NCBI GenBank assembly: GCA_050246115.1
Contig: JBFWWP010000024.1
Location: forward strand, 13,381-77,380
DNA length: 64,000 bases
Direction of reading: 5' to 3'
DNA from: Planctomycetota bacterium
Lineage (GTDB): Bacteria > Planctomycetota > UBA8108 > UBA1146 > JAJFFE01
The stretch's first letter is position 1. Every line of letters starts with the position of its first letter. Of this stretch, positions 28,812 to 37,616 are shown one piece after another. The position numbers and the translations under genes were made by a program. A model generated the notes under the pieces. That model ran no database searches. It saw only the letters and a program-made list of their open reading frames with translations, and had not been told where the DNA came from.

Positions 28812-31800
28812 CCCGTCCAGCCGAAGTCGGGGCGCTCGGGAAGGCCGCGTCCCTCCGGGAAGCGAATCAGGTGCAGCGCGATCGGCACGTTGACTTCGTC
28901 CGTCGACTTCCGCAGCTCGTGCAGAAGCAGCCATACCTCCCGGTTCTTGTCGGCAGCATGGAGCTCATCGTGATCCCAGAGTGCGCGGGCGAGGGCCAAC
29001 CATCCCTTGCGCCGCCCTTCCTCGATGGGGAAGGGGTGATCACTCAACTCGGTCTGCCCGCGCACCATGGTCAGCACCAATCGCCCGGCGTCGCTGCCTC
29101 CGCGGTAGAGCCACTGGAACTCCTTCGTCCGGGCCGAGCCATCGACCGTGCCGGTCGCGTTCAGTGAAGCGTTCGCGTTGCCGAAGACGACGTTGAAACC
29201 GCTGATCCGTTCGGTCTCGCTGGCGATGGCGTACTGACCCACGGGCGGGAACCGCAGTTCACCGTACTCCCGTTCCTTCAAGTTCGCGGTGAACGTGAAC
29301 TTCAGGTCGGCCGCCGTCCCGTCCAAGTACATGTGGCGCCCCAACCCAAGGACAGAGTCGATGAACCTTCGCACGCTCCCCAAGTTCGGGTCGGGCTCGA
29401 GACGGAGACTGATCTTGGTCGCACCGGCGTCGCGGTAGAACACTCCCCATTGATCATCGGCTTCGCGGATCGCCTGGAGAAAGCGATTGAAGCCTTCACT
29501 GTCGATGTCTCGCGCGGGCCGCTGGGTGCCGTTGTCGGCCACGCGATCGGCGAACGGGGCCCGTTCCCAAAGGCGCTGACCTGCGAAGCGTTCGCCCAAC
29601 GCATGCCAGAGGGTTCGAAACTCCGCGAGGAGCTTGTCCTCGACGAGCGCTTGCCCGCGGCTCACAATGTCGTTGACGCGCCGCCCGATGAGATCTTGCT
29701 CGAGCGCTGGCCGGTCGACGAACAGTTGCGCGCACGCTGCAATCTGATCGCGACGGGTGATCTCGCCGGCCTTCTCGAGCAACTGCTCGCGAAACCGGCT
29801 CGGCTCGGAGAGTCGCGTCATGCCGTCGCGAAACTTCTCGAACGCGGTCGCCAACGCCGGCAGCGTATCGGGGTCGTAGGCCTGGAGCAGCTGCGCAAAC
29901 TTGCGTCGCAGTTCGCCGAGGCTGCTATCGAGAGCGCCGAGCGGAGCGTACGGGTCGCTCGGTAGCTTGCCCTCGGGCAGCGAATGAAACTGCGGGATGT
30001 CACTGAAGTCGACGTGCCGCCGCAGGGTTTCTACAGCGCGCCTCAACGCCTCCGAAAAGCTGCCGCTCGCCGCCAGCCCGAAGCCATTCCTCAACGCCTC
30101 GCGATACTTGTCGAAGTCCAAGTCCTCGAGGCCGCGGGTGGGATCGAGCGGCTCCCGCCACTGCGCATCCCACTCCTGTGCATAGCCCTCGAAGTACTGC
30201 CGAAGCAGATCCTGCGCTTGCGCGCGGAGCGCCTGCCGCGCGGGGTCAGTCAAGAGGCGCGCAAGGTCTGGATCCTCGGCACGCCCCAGGAGCGAGTCGC
30301 CATGACGCAGAACTCGCTCCGCAACTTCACGGGTGTGTCGGGCTTCGACGGTCCACGCCCGTGCCAAACGCAAGACTTCGACCTTCGTGCTCGCTTGCGG
30401 GCAGAAGTCGGCGAGCACTTGCTGCGGGCCGCGCTGGACGACGACGCGGGGGTAGCCGACGAGCGACCGAGCCACGAGCACCTGTCGCGCCAGCTCGGTG
30501 ACTGCGCTCACGTGCTCGGAGAGTCGTTGGAAGGTACCGTTCGGATCCTCGAGGCGCTTTCGCGCCGCTCCCAGCGCTTGGTCCAGGCTGGCGAGCCGCG
30601 TGCTCAGCGCCTGGTCGAGTGCGTGAATCCGCTCCGGCGCCGAGTGCGACTCGTCCACGACCGCATCGCGGACCGCAACGTAGCAGCTCTCGAGGGCCTC
30701 CGATCGAGTTCCCTGTTCGGCGGTGAAAACGAGTTTGTAGGGTCCGGTTGCGTTGGTACTGTCCGAGCTCAGTGCGAATCCTCGGCGATCGGCGCTGAAG
30801 AAGCGCTCACGCACCGCGTCGCTTTGGCCGCCGAACTTGGACGCGAGGCTCGTGGCATGACCCGCCTGCTGCATGACGGCGGCGTAGCCCCACTCCTCAC
30901 CGGTCGGCGACAGCGCGGCCAGGGCCTGCAGTCGCTCGGCGCAGGTGTCGCGAAGTTTGTTGATGGTCGTGTGGTGTTCACCGAGCGCCTGCGACTGAGT
31001 GAAGGCGACGTAGCCTTGGGCCTCGCGGATCCGCGCGAAGAAAGTCTCCGACGCCGCCCCGAGCTTCGAGAGATCGTCGACCCAGCGCTTCACCCGTTCA
31101 TAGCCAACGCTCAGCTCGGTCACCGCGCCCAGTCCACGACTGTCGAAGAGGCCGAGCACTTCGGTGTACGCCGTCTCACAAGTGCGATCGATGGCGCATG
31201 CACGGATCCACGCTGCGCCAGCCACGACCTCACGATCGGGAGCTGGGACGCCCGGCTGTGCGTCCACGCCGAGGAGACCCGTACTCCCATCGTCCCGGAG
31301 GCCGACGATGGTGGCCTCGCCGTCCGCCGCCAGTTGCCAGTAGCTCGCGTAGTCTGCAATCAAGCGGCCGAGTCGTGCCTGGATCTCGGCATCCGTGGCG
31401 ACCGGCTGCAGCTGACCGCGGAAGAACGCGTCTCTCAGCTGCGGCCGCCCCAACCGCGACGCCGAGCAAACGTCCAGGAGCTGCTGATACTGCTCCTCGA
31501 GGATCTTCACCTCGTCGGCGCTGAGCGCGCCCCGGCCGAGCAACAGCGCGGTGAGCGGCTGCAGGGTCCATGGAAGCGCCTGGCGTTCGGCCCGCGCTGC
31601 GGGCACGGTCGGATCGCCGGCCGGTTCCTTCGTCAGCATGACGATGAGCTGCAGCGCTTGGTGGTAGGCCTCTTGCTCGGGCCAGTTGCGCGGTCGGCCT
31701 TTGTCGAACGCCTGGATCGCGCGGTCGCCGAGCAACCGGAAAGTGGTCGACTCCACGAGTTTCCGGTACGCGTCGCCCAGGCGCGGGAGGGTCCGTCCTT

Positions 31801-33439
31801 CTTCCACGAACCCCACGAGGAGCCCAGGGGCAAGCGATCCCTTCGCCTCGGCGTTACAGATCGCATCACGCAGCGCGGTGGCTTTTGCGAGCGGCAGATC
31901 GGCAAACCCCAGCGTCGGACGTGCGACGGTCTCGGCCACGGCCTTCTCGAACTCGTCCAACGCGCCCGACAGACCGGACACGCCGCGGTTCTGGACGACG
32001 CCGCCGTAGATGAGCAACCCCAGCAAGAGCAAGCCGACTCCGGCCGCCGCGCCGTAACCGACGCGCTCGATCGTGCGCCGTCGCTTGAGCGCCAACCGCG
32101 TCGGTTGCACGAGGCCACGCTCCTTGAAGAGCTTCTTGCGATAGAAGTCGCGAACGAAGAACGCGGTGGACTTCTGGAAGATCGATGACAGGTCGGCTTC
32201 GTCCGGGCCGCCCGCGGCGGCGCGCAGCAGGTTGGCGCACGCCTTGACGATGGGCTTCCCCTTCTGCAGCCCACTCGAGAAGTACAGTCCCCGGAAGAAC
32301 ACCGGGTCGAGATAGCGATTCTCGACGAAGATCTCGCCCAAGTACCGCTGGACCGGCTCTTCGAGCGCGCCGAACTCGTCCGGGAAGGCGTACAAACGGT
32401 CGACGTCCGGCGCCTCGGGGTCGTCAGCCAAGAACCGGTTCCGCCACAGATGGAGCCGCTGCCGAACCCCGCGAAAAACACCGGGCCACGCCTCCGGCCG
32501 AAACGCTTCGTCGTACGGAGCCGGCTTGGACCACCCGAAGAGTTGGCGCTGCTCGAGTGCCGGCAGCCGCTGGAAGAACTCGGTGAACCCGAGCACCAGG
32601 TCGCACTTGGTCACGACGATGTAGACGGGAAACTGCACTTCCAATTCTTGCTGCAGCTGCGTCAGCTTGTCGCGGATCGTCTTCGCCTTCTGCTCCATCT
32701 CGGAAGGCGTGTCGCCGAGCAGGGAGGTCGCCGGGATCGCGACGATCACGCCGTTGATCGGACACCGCGGCCGATAGCGACGCAGGAGGCCGAGGAACTC
32801 TTTCCACTCCTGCGCATCGGGAGCGTTGCGCTCTTCGAAGGTGAACCGTCCGGCGGTGTCGAGGATGACCGCCTCGTTGGTGAACCACCAATCGCAATTG
32901 CGAGTTCCGCCGGCGCCGCTGAGGGCCTCGGTGCCGACCGGAAACTCCAGGCCCGAGTTCTTCAGAGTCGTGCTCTTGCCGCACGCGGGCTCGCCGATGA
33001 GCATGTACCACGGGAGGCTGTAGAGATTCATCCCCGTGGCCTTGAGCTCGTTCACGGCGCGATTCCACTGCTCGCGGACCTCGGCAATGGCTTGGCGGCG
33101 TTCCTCGTCGGCGACGCCTGCGCCCCCGTCACCGCTCTCGAGCGCGCTGGCGAGTTCTGCGCTGCGACGCTTCTCGAAGCGCTTGAGCACCCACTGGATC
33201 ACGAACAACGCCAGCGCAACGAGCGCGATCACGACCAAGACCGCGATCGCCACCTTGGTGTTCCAGAGGCTCGCGAGACCCGCGGCTACGCCGCTGCCGG
33301 CGACGACGATCACCGCTTGGTAGAGGAGCGGTAGCTCTCGGAATGTGCCGACCAACCGACCCAGCATTCGACGCCTCCCCTGCCCACTTGGCTCGACGAC
33401 CTTCGTGCCTCCACGGTCACCGGAGGCCGCGTCCCCCAC
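28796..33439 (-). CDS. tssM: T6SS membrane complex protein TssM (IcmF), unusually long
   Basis: N-terminal TM pair, Walker A GEPACGKST, ILDTAGR, a third TM VGYGAAAGVGLLLLGLLIYGGVV, then about 1070 aa predicted to be periplasmic. Start is GTG 33439 or ATG 33367. Confidence 0.93.
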   Translation of the reverse strand: MGDAASGDRGGTKVVEPSGQGRRRMLGRLVGTFRELPLLYQAVIVVAGSGVAAGLASLWNTKVAIAVLVVIALVALALFVIQWVLKRFEKRRSAELASALESGDGGAGVADEERRQAIAEVREQWNRAVNELKATGMNLYSLPWYMLIGEPACGKSTTLKNSGLEFPVGTEALSGAGGTRNCDWWFTNEAVILDTAGRFTFEERNAPDAQEWKEFLGLLRRYRPRCPINGVIVAIPATSLLGDTPSEMEQKAKTIRDKLTQLQQELEVQFPVYIVVTKCDLVLGFTEFFQRLPALEQRQLFGWSKPAPYDEAFRPEAWPGVFRGVRQRLHLWRNRFLADDPEAPDVDRLYAFPDEFGALEEPVQRYLGEIFVENRYLDPVFFRGLYFSSGLQKGKPIVKACANLLRAAAGGPDEADLSSIFQKSTAFFVRDFYRKKLFKERGLVQPTRLALKRRRTIERVGYGAAAGVGLLLLGLLIYGGVVQNRGVSGLSGALDEFEKAVAETVARPTLGFADLPLAKATALRDAICNAEAKGSLAPGLLVGFVEEGRTLPRLGDAYRKLVESTTFRLLGDRAIQAFDKGRPRNWPEQEAYHQALQLIVMLTKEPAGDPTVPAARAERQALPWTLQPLTALLLGRGALSADEVKILEEQYQQLLDVCSASRLGRPQLRDAFFRGQLQPVATDAEIQARLGRLIADYASYWQLAADGEATIVGLRDDGSTGLLGVDAQPGVPAPDREVVAGAAWIRACAIDRTCETAYTEVLGLFDSRGLGAVTELSVGYERVKRWVDDLSKLGAASETFFARIREAQGYVAFTQSQALGEHHTTINKLRDTCAERLQALAALSPTGEEWGYAAVMQQAGHATSLASKFGGQSDAVRERFFSADRRGFALSSDSTNATGPYKLVFTAEQGTRSEALESCYVAVRDAVVDESHSAPERIHALDQALSTRLASLDQALGAARKRLEDPNGTFQRLSEHVSAVTELARQVLVARSLVGYPRVVVQRGPQQVLADFCPQASTKVEVLRLARAWTVEARHTREVAERVLRHGDSLLGRAEDPDLARLLTDPARQALRAQAQDLLRQYFEGYAQEWDAQWREPLDPTRGLEDLDFDKYREALRNGFGLAASGSFSEALRRAVETLRRHVDFSDIPQFHSLPEGKLPSDPYAPLGALDSSLGELRRKFAQLLQAYDPDTLPALATAFEKFRDGMTRLSEPSRFREQLLEKAGEITRRDQIAACAQLFVDRPALEQDLIGRRVNDIVSRGQALVEDKLLAEFRTLWHALGERFAGQRLWERAPFADRVADNGTQRPARDIDSEGFNRFLQAIREADDQWGVFYRDAGATKISLRLEPDPNLGSVRRFIDSVLGLGRHMYLDGTAADLKFTFTANLKEREYGELRFPPVGQYAIASETERISGFNVVFGNANASLNATGTVDGSARTKEFQWLYRGGSDAGRLVLTMVRGQTELSDHPFPIEEGRRKGWLALARALWDHDELHAADKNREVWLLLHELRKSTDEVNVPIALHLIRFPEGRGLPERPDFGWTGWATR

Positions 33440-33482
33440 GTCACTCCGACCCGACCCACCGGACCGTCTCCGTGTACTGCAC

Positions 33483-34175
33483 CTAGCGCGACGCCACTCC
33501 CAAGATGCGATCGAGCGCTTGGTGTAACATCTCGAAGTTCGACTGGGTCACGAAGTGCGCGCTCCCCATCGCGAGCAAGATGGCGCCCGCCAGGATCACG
33601 GCGTAGCGCGCCGCGCTCACCACGGGCAGCTTCGTCATGTCCCGCTCGACGTTCTGTTCGTAGACCCCCGGACTCAGCAGATCGGACTTCTTCGTGATCC
33701 GGTTGGGGATCTGGCTGTAGAGTCGTTGCTGCAGCTCCTGACGCTCCTCGGGACGCGACCGATAGCGTCCGCGGAAGCCGAGAGACAAGCAGATGAAGTA
33801 GATCTCAGCGAGCTGATCCTCGTCCGGACGAACTTCCTTGAGCCGCTCGAAGAAGTCCTCGCCCGCGATCGAGGTTCCGAAGAAGTGTTGCTCGAGGAGT
33901 TCGTCTTCCCACTCCTGCTGCCCGCGCCAGGAGGTGTTCAACGCGACCTCGTCCGCGAGCGCAACGATGGGGTAGCGCGCCTTCTGGTAGATCGTCTTCA
34001 GATCCGGGTAGGCGCGTAGCTCCGCCTCCTGCTCTTCGACGAGTTGCACCAAGTTGCGTCGCAGCCAGGTGGCGTCGGTCTCGATTCGACCCGCGTTACG
34101 CCTGAACGTGGTCAGGAACAGGAAGAACTTCGCGCAGACATCGGCGACCCGAGGCTCGTGTGTTTCACTCGTCAT
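33483..34175 (-). CDS. tssL: T6SS membrane protein TssL (DotU family)
   Basis: FFLFLTTFRRNA, YPIVALADEVAL, FFGTSIAGEDFFERL, IYFICLSLGFRGRY, and C-terminal TM AVILAGAILLAMG. Confidence 0.87.
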   Translation of the reverse strand: MTSETHEPRVADVCAKFFLFLTTFRRNAGRIETDATWLRRNLVQLVEEQEAELRAYPDLKTIYQKARYPIVALADEVALNTSWRGQQEWEDELLEQHFFGTSIAGEDFFERLKEVRPDEDQLAEIYFICLSLGFRGRYRSRPEERQELQQRLYSQIPNRITKKSDLLSPGVYEQNVERDMTKLPVVSAARYAVILAGAILLAMGSAHFVTQSNFEMLHQALDRILGVASR

Positions 34176-35545
34176 GGAGAGGCGTCCTTCCCGCTCACGA
34201 CGAACAAGGAGTACTTCACCTTACCCTCCTCGATCCCGCGTCCGAACAGCGCGAGATCTCGCCCCTCGCGGGCGGCGAGCCAGAACTTACCCTCGCGGCG
34301 AATCTGCCAGTACAGCAGCCCCTTGCGGTCCGGGAGTTGCGACGGGATCCGCTCGACGCGGACCTTCTCGATGCCGCTCAATCGATCGCGCTGCACCTCG
34401 GCCACGTCGGCACGCGAGGCGAGCTTCAGCCGCCCCACGGCTTGCTCGGTGGCCTGCACCTCCTGATCCGCCTCCGCGCCCAGGTAGAGGGCAACGTCAT
34501 GCGCGAACCAGCCTTCGTCCAGCGGACAATGCTGGCCTTCGTCGTAGGCCTCGAACGGTCGGCGCACGAAGGAAGTCGGGACGACGCTGTCCAGGAGCCG
34601 CCGCGCCTCCTGCGCAGCCTCGGTGAAGCAGTCTCCGAGTGCGTCGTGATCGTAGCCCATGAGTTCCGGCGGCGTCCGATTCGTGTCGAAGATCGCCAGC
34701 TGACCGATCAGTCCACACAATTGAAGGTAGATGTTGAGAGGACGCAATCCGGGGAGCGCAACCAGCGGTCGGAAAACGGCGAGCGCCGAGTTGACCACGT
34801 GCAGCTTCATCATGAGTTCCGCATCGCCCCCACCCCCCTCACCGGCCCAGGTGATCCTACGGGCCGCGACCTGTTCTCCCAGCGCTCGCGACTTCGCAGC
34901 CAATACGCTGGTGAGATCTCGAAACAGCCCCGTCAGTCGGGCCGACGCGGCGAGCCTCGTCACGGGTGGGACTACGGTCTGGAGCAGCGTCGGCAGTGGC
35001 TCCTCCTCGCCGGCAAGCAACACCGCGCCCAAGCGCAGGGTCTGGAACCCGGCCCGATCTTCGGAGTCGAGGAGCACGCGCGCCTGGAGCTGCCGGTAGG
35101 CGATGGGGTACTCGTTGCTCCCCGTGTTTTCGTCCATCTCGCGCAGGATCTTCACGCGATAACGACGAACTCCTTGCTCCTGCTCCGCGTCCTCGTAGAC
35201 GTTCGGGCTGCGCTGTCGTAACTCGGGTACGCCGACGTACAGAGTCAGCGTCTCGCCGCCGTCCGTGAAGAACTCGCGGATCTCGCGACTGGGAACCTCG
35301 GTCTCGTCGGGGACCCGAATTCGCGTCCCGTCCTCGAGAATCGCATCGAGCCGCTTCACCCGCACGACGTAGTTCTTGAGCGCTTCGGTGTCGAGTTCCA
35401 AGGTCGAGATGCCCCACCCGAACGGGTCGGCGCCGAGCGCGTCCTGCGCCAACCGGCCGTGGACGTGCTTGGTGAACGCCTGCATGTGCTGCGGCGTCAG
35501 GAACATCCCTTCCGACCAGTGGAGTGGCGCGGGACCAAAGGTCAT
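34172..35545 (-). CDS. tssK: T6SS baseplate protein TssK
   Basis: MTFGPAPLHWSEGMFLTPQHMQAF. ATG 35543-35545 overlaps the tssJ stop (ATGA). The track ORF starts 5 codons earlier at a GTG. Confidence 0.9.
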   Translation of the reverse strand: MTFGPAPLHWSEGMFLTPQHMQAFTKHVHGRLAQDALGADPFGWGISTLELDTEALKNYVVRVKRLDAILEDGTRIRVPDETEVPSREIREFFTDGGETLTLYVGVPELRQRSPNVYEDAEQEQGVRRYRVKILREMDENTGSNEYPIAYRQLQARVLLDSEDRAGFQTLRLGAVLLAGEEEPLPTLLQTVVPPVTRLAASARLTGLFRDLTSVLAAKSRALGEQVAARRITWAGEGGGGDAELMMKLHVVNSALAVFRPLVALPGLRPLNIYLQLCGLIGQLAIFDTNRTPPELMGYDHDALGDCFTEAAQEARRLLDSVVPTSFVRRPFEAYDEGQHCPLDEGWFAHDVALYLGAEADQEVQATEQAVGRLKLASRADVAEVQRDRLSGIEKVRVERIPSQLPDRKGLLYWQIRREGKFWLAAREGRDLALFGRGIEEGKVKYSLFVVSGKDASP

Positions 35546-36036
35546 TGGATCAGTCCCCACAGCTTCTTGGGCGACCCGGGGTCGAGTTCGATCGTGGTGT
35601 CGCCCAATCGCAGCACCAGGTGGCAGTGAGTGCTCAGCGGCGGCACCTTGCGATTGCGCACCAAGCGCAACTGGGAGTCTTTCTCGCCCGGTTGCTCGTA
35701 GAAGGCGTAGATCACGAACCCCGTCACGGGGTAACCCTTCGGCGGTCGCACCTTTGCGTCCGGGAACGTGAACTTGCCCTCACCCGGACTCACGGATTGC
35801 GTGACGACCAATCCATCGTACTCGTCCTCGTCGTGCATGCGATTCTCGAACCACTCGTGAGCACTCGTCTCTTCGAGCTTCTTCGAGTTCTCAGCCGTCG
35901 TCCACACGAGGTCGACCCGCACCGCGTCTTTGACCCCGCGATTCATCCCAGGCTCCGGGAGTAGGTCGATCTTGTAGCCCCGACACGCGCACCCACAAAG
36001 CCCCGCGAGGAGTAGCACTGTTCCTAGCCTGAGCAC
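35542..36036 (-). CDS. tssJ: T6SS outer-membrane lipoprotein TssJ-like
   Basis: Lipobox LLLAGLCGC, about 160 aa, located between fha and tssK. Sequence similarity to SciN was not verified. Confidence 0.65.
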   Translation of the reverse strand: MLRLGTVLLLAGLCGCACRGYKIDLLPEPGMNRGVKDAVRVDLVWTTAENSKKLEETSAHEWFENRMHDEDEYDGLVVTQSVSPGEGKFTFPDAKVRPPKGYPVTGFVIYAFYEQPGEKDSQLRLVRNRKVPPLSTHCHLVLRLGDTTIELDPGSPKKLWGLIQ

Positions 36037-36186
36037 GTCACGCCCTCTCCGAGAAGTCAGGGATCGAGTTCACATCGTCACTCGTCTTCGCCCCAGCGAA
36101 CGCCCATCGGTCACTCGACGGTAGCCGCTCCCCTGCCGACGACCGACTCGAGTCGATCGGGTCGTTCGCCCGGCCACGGAAGCGCA

Positions 36187-37464
36187 TCAAGCGACCCCCT
36201 CACGCTGCGCCATCTTGAGCGCGAGGTCGGCGGTCAGCCGATCGATCTCATCCATCGCGATGTCGTGGGTGAGATCCTCCATGAGACTTCGGTACCGCTT
36301 CCAGTAGGCGTCGGCGTCCAAGCCCACCGCCTTCTTGATCGCGGACACCGAAACCTCTCTCTCAATATGGGAAGGAGCTATCCGAAGCAACATTTCCTTG
36401 TACCACTCACCGACGGCCTGTCGCGGAGCCGTGAGACAAGTGATCCACCAGACCCGGGTTTTCTGCAGGTAGGAGTCGAGCTCACGGCGCCGCTCTTCGC
36501 CTCCCTTGAGGAGCAACCCGTTCACCGCGCGTGACAGGTTCCCGCCGATTCCGGGCAACATGGTCTGATCGAGCTGGGCGCCGCGATACTCCTGAGCGAT
36601 CCTCGTGACCACCTTCTCCACGTCGCGACCGAAGCGATAGAGCTTGCCCAGTGCGAAGCCGAGATTCGCGGCCAGGTCGGGATGCGCGCTCACCGACTCG
36701 ACGAGCGCGGGCTCGAGGTCGGCTCCCGACTCGATGAACCAGCTCAGAGTGTCGCCGACGGTCAGCCCCGTCGCGTCGGACGCGACCACTCGCGGGGCCG
36801 CTCGCTGCGCCTCGGCCGCCAGTCGCTGAGTGTGCACCTCGGCCTCGAGCTCGGCGATTCGGCCGCGCAGAGAAGCCACTTCGGCAGTCGTCGCCTCCCG
36901 GCTCTCTCGCACCGGAACCGCTGCGTTCACGACCTTGTCGATCTCACCTTCCAGCAACTCGACTTGACGGATGCGCGTCTCGAGTTGAGTGGTGAGCTCG
37001 GCCACGCGCCCTTCGAGATCATCCACGAGCGACGCGCGAGCGCTGGCCGCCTGCAGGTCGCGGCGCACATCGGTGAGTTCCAGGTTGCGCTCGGCAAGTT
37101 CCTGCTGCAACGCGGCCACGCGATCGCCCTGAGCGGCACCGTCCTCGCCGGCGTCGGTCTTCGTCTTCGGAGCGCCTTCGCTCACCCCGATGCGGAAGGC
37201 CACGTTCTGATCGCGCCCCAGCTTGACGATATCGCCGAAGGCCACCGCCTTCTCGACGATCTGTTCTTCGCCCACCCAAGTCCCGTTGCGGCTTCCCAAA
37301 TCGGAGACCACCGCCTGCAGCACCACCTGCGTGTTGCGGCCCGAGATGTAGGGATCCTTGACGGTGTGATCGCACGAGTCGCTCCGTCCCAACACGAAGG
37401 GTTCGCCGGTGAGGGCGTACTGCCGTGGGAGCTTCCCCTGCTCGTAGATCTCGATGTACACCAT
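36187..37464 (-). CDS. fha: T6SS-associated FHA domain protein (Fha/TagH-like)
   Basis: N-terminal FHA domain (FVLGRSDSCDHTV...ISGRNTQVV...DLGSRNGTWV), a coiled-coil middle and a conserved-looking C-terminal domain. First gene of the locus. Confidence 0.82.
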   Translation of the reverse strand: MVYIEIYEQGKLPRQYALTGEPFVLGRSDSCDHTVKDPYISGRNTQVVLQAVVSDLGSRNGTWVGEEQIVEKAVAFGDIVKLGRDQNVAFRIGVSEGAPKTKTDAGEDGAAQGDRVAALQQELAERNLELTDVRRDLQAASARASLVDDLEGRVAELTTQLETRIRQVELLEGEIDKVVNAAVPVRESREATTAEVASLRGRIAELEAEVHTQRLAAEAQRAAPRVVASDATGLTVGDTLSWFIESGADLEPALVESVSAHPDLAANLGFALGKLYRFGRDVEKVVTRIAQEYRGAQLDQTMLPGIGGNLSRAVNGLLLKGGEERRRELDSYLQKTRVWWITCLTAPRQAVGEWYKEMLLRIAPSHIEREVSVSAIKKAVGLDADAYWKRYRSLMEDLTHDIAMDEIDRLTADLALKMAQREGVA

Positions 37465-37616
37465 CCGGACGTCCCTACTGCCCTTCGTTGCGAAGAAGTG
37501 CTCGCCGCGTTCAGGTCACCACCCGAGCACCAGCCCTTCGGTACGCCTCCGGGGCCGACGAGGCGGCACGGCGAGCGCGCGCCGCGACACCATCGCGGCC
37601 GCATCGGCCGTCCGCG

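Noticed and set aside
29984-32188. 734-aa plus-strand ORF. Similar long ORFs occur at 16573..17895, 22327..23793, 40400..42190, 57100..59265 and 59395..61725.
   Set aside because: All lie antisense to genes with unambiguous homology (tssM, clpV, hcp/tagJ, amidohydrolase, flgI/flgH/flgG). They are Arg/Pro/Gly/Ala-rich with no motifs, the usual shadow ORFs of GC-rich DNA.
15580-37464. Search for vgrG, PAAR, Rhs or other effector/immunity genes, and for ppkA/pppA, inside the T6SS locus.
   Set aside because: Every ORF of plausible composition is accounted for by core or accessory genes. The intergenic gaps (150-270 nt) are too short and contain no good small ORF.
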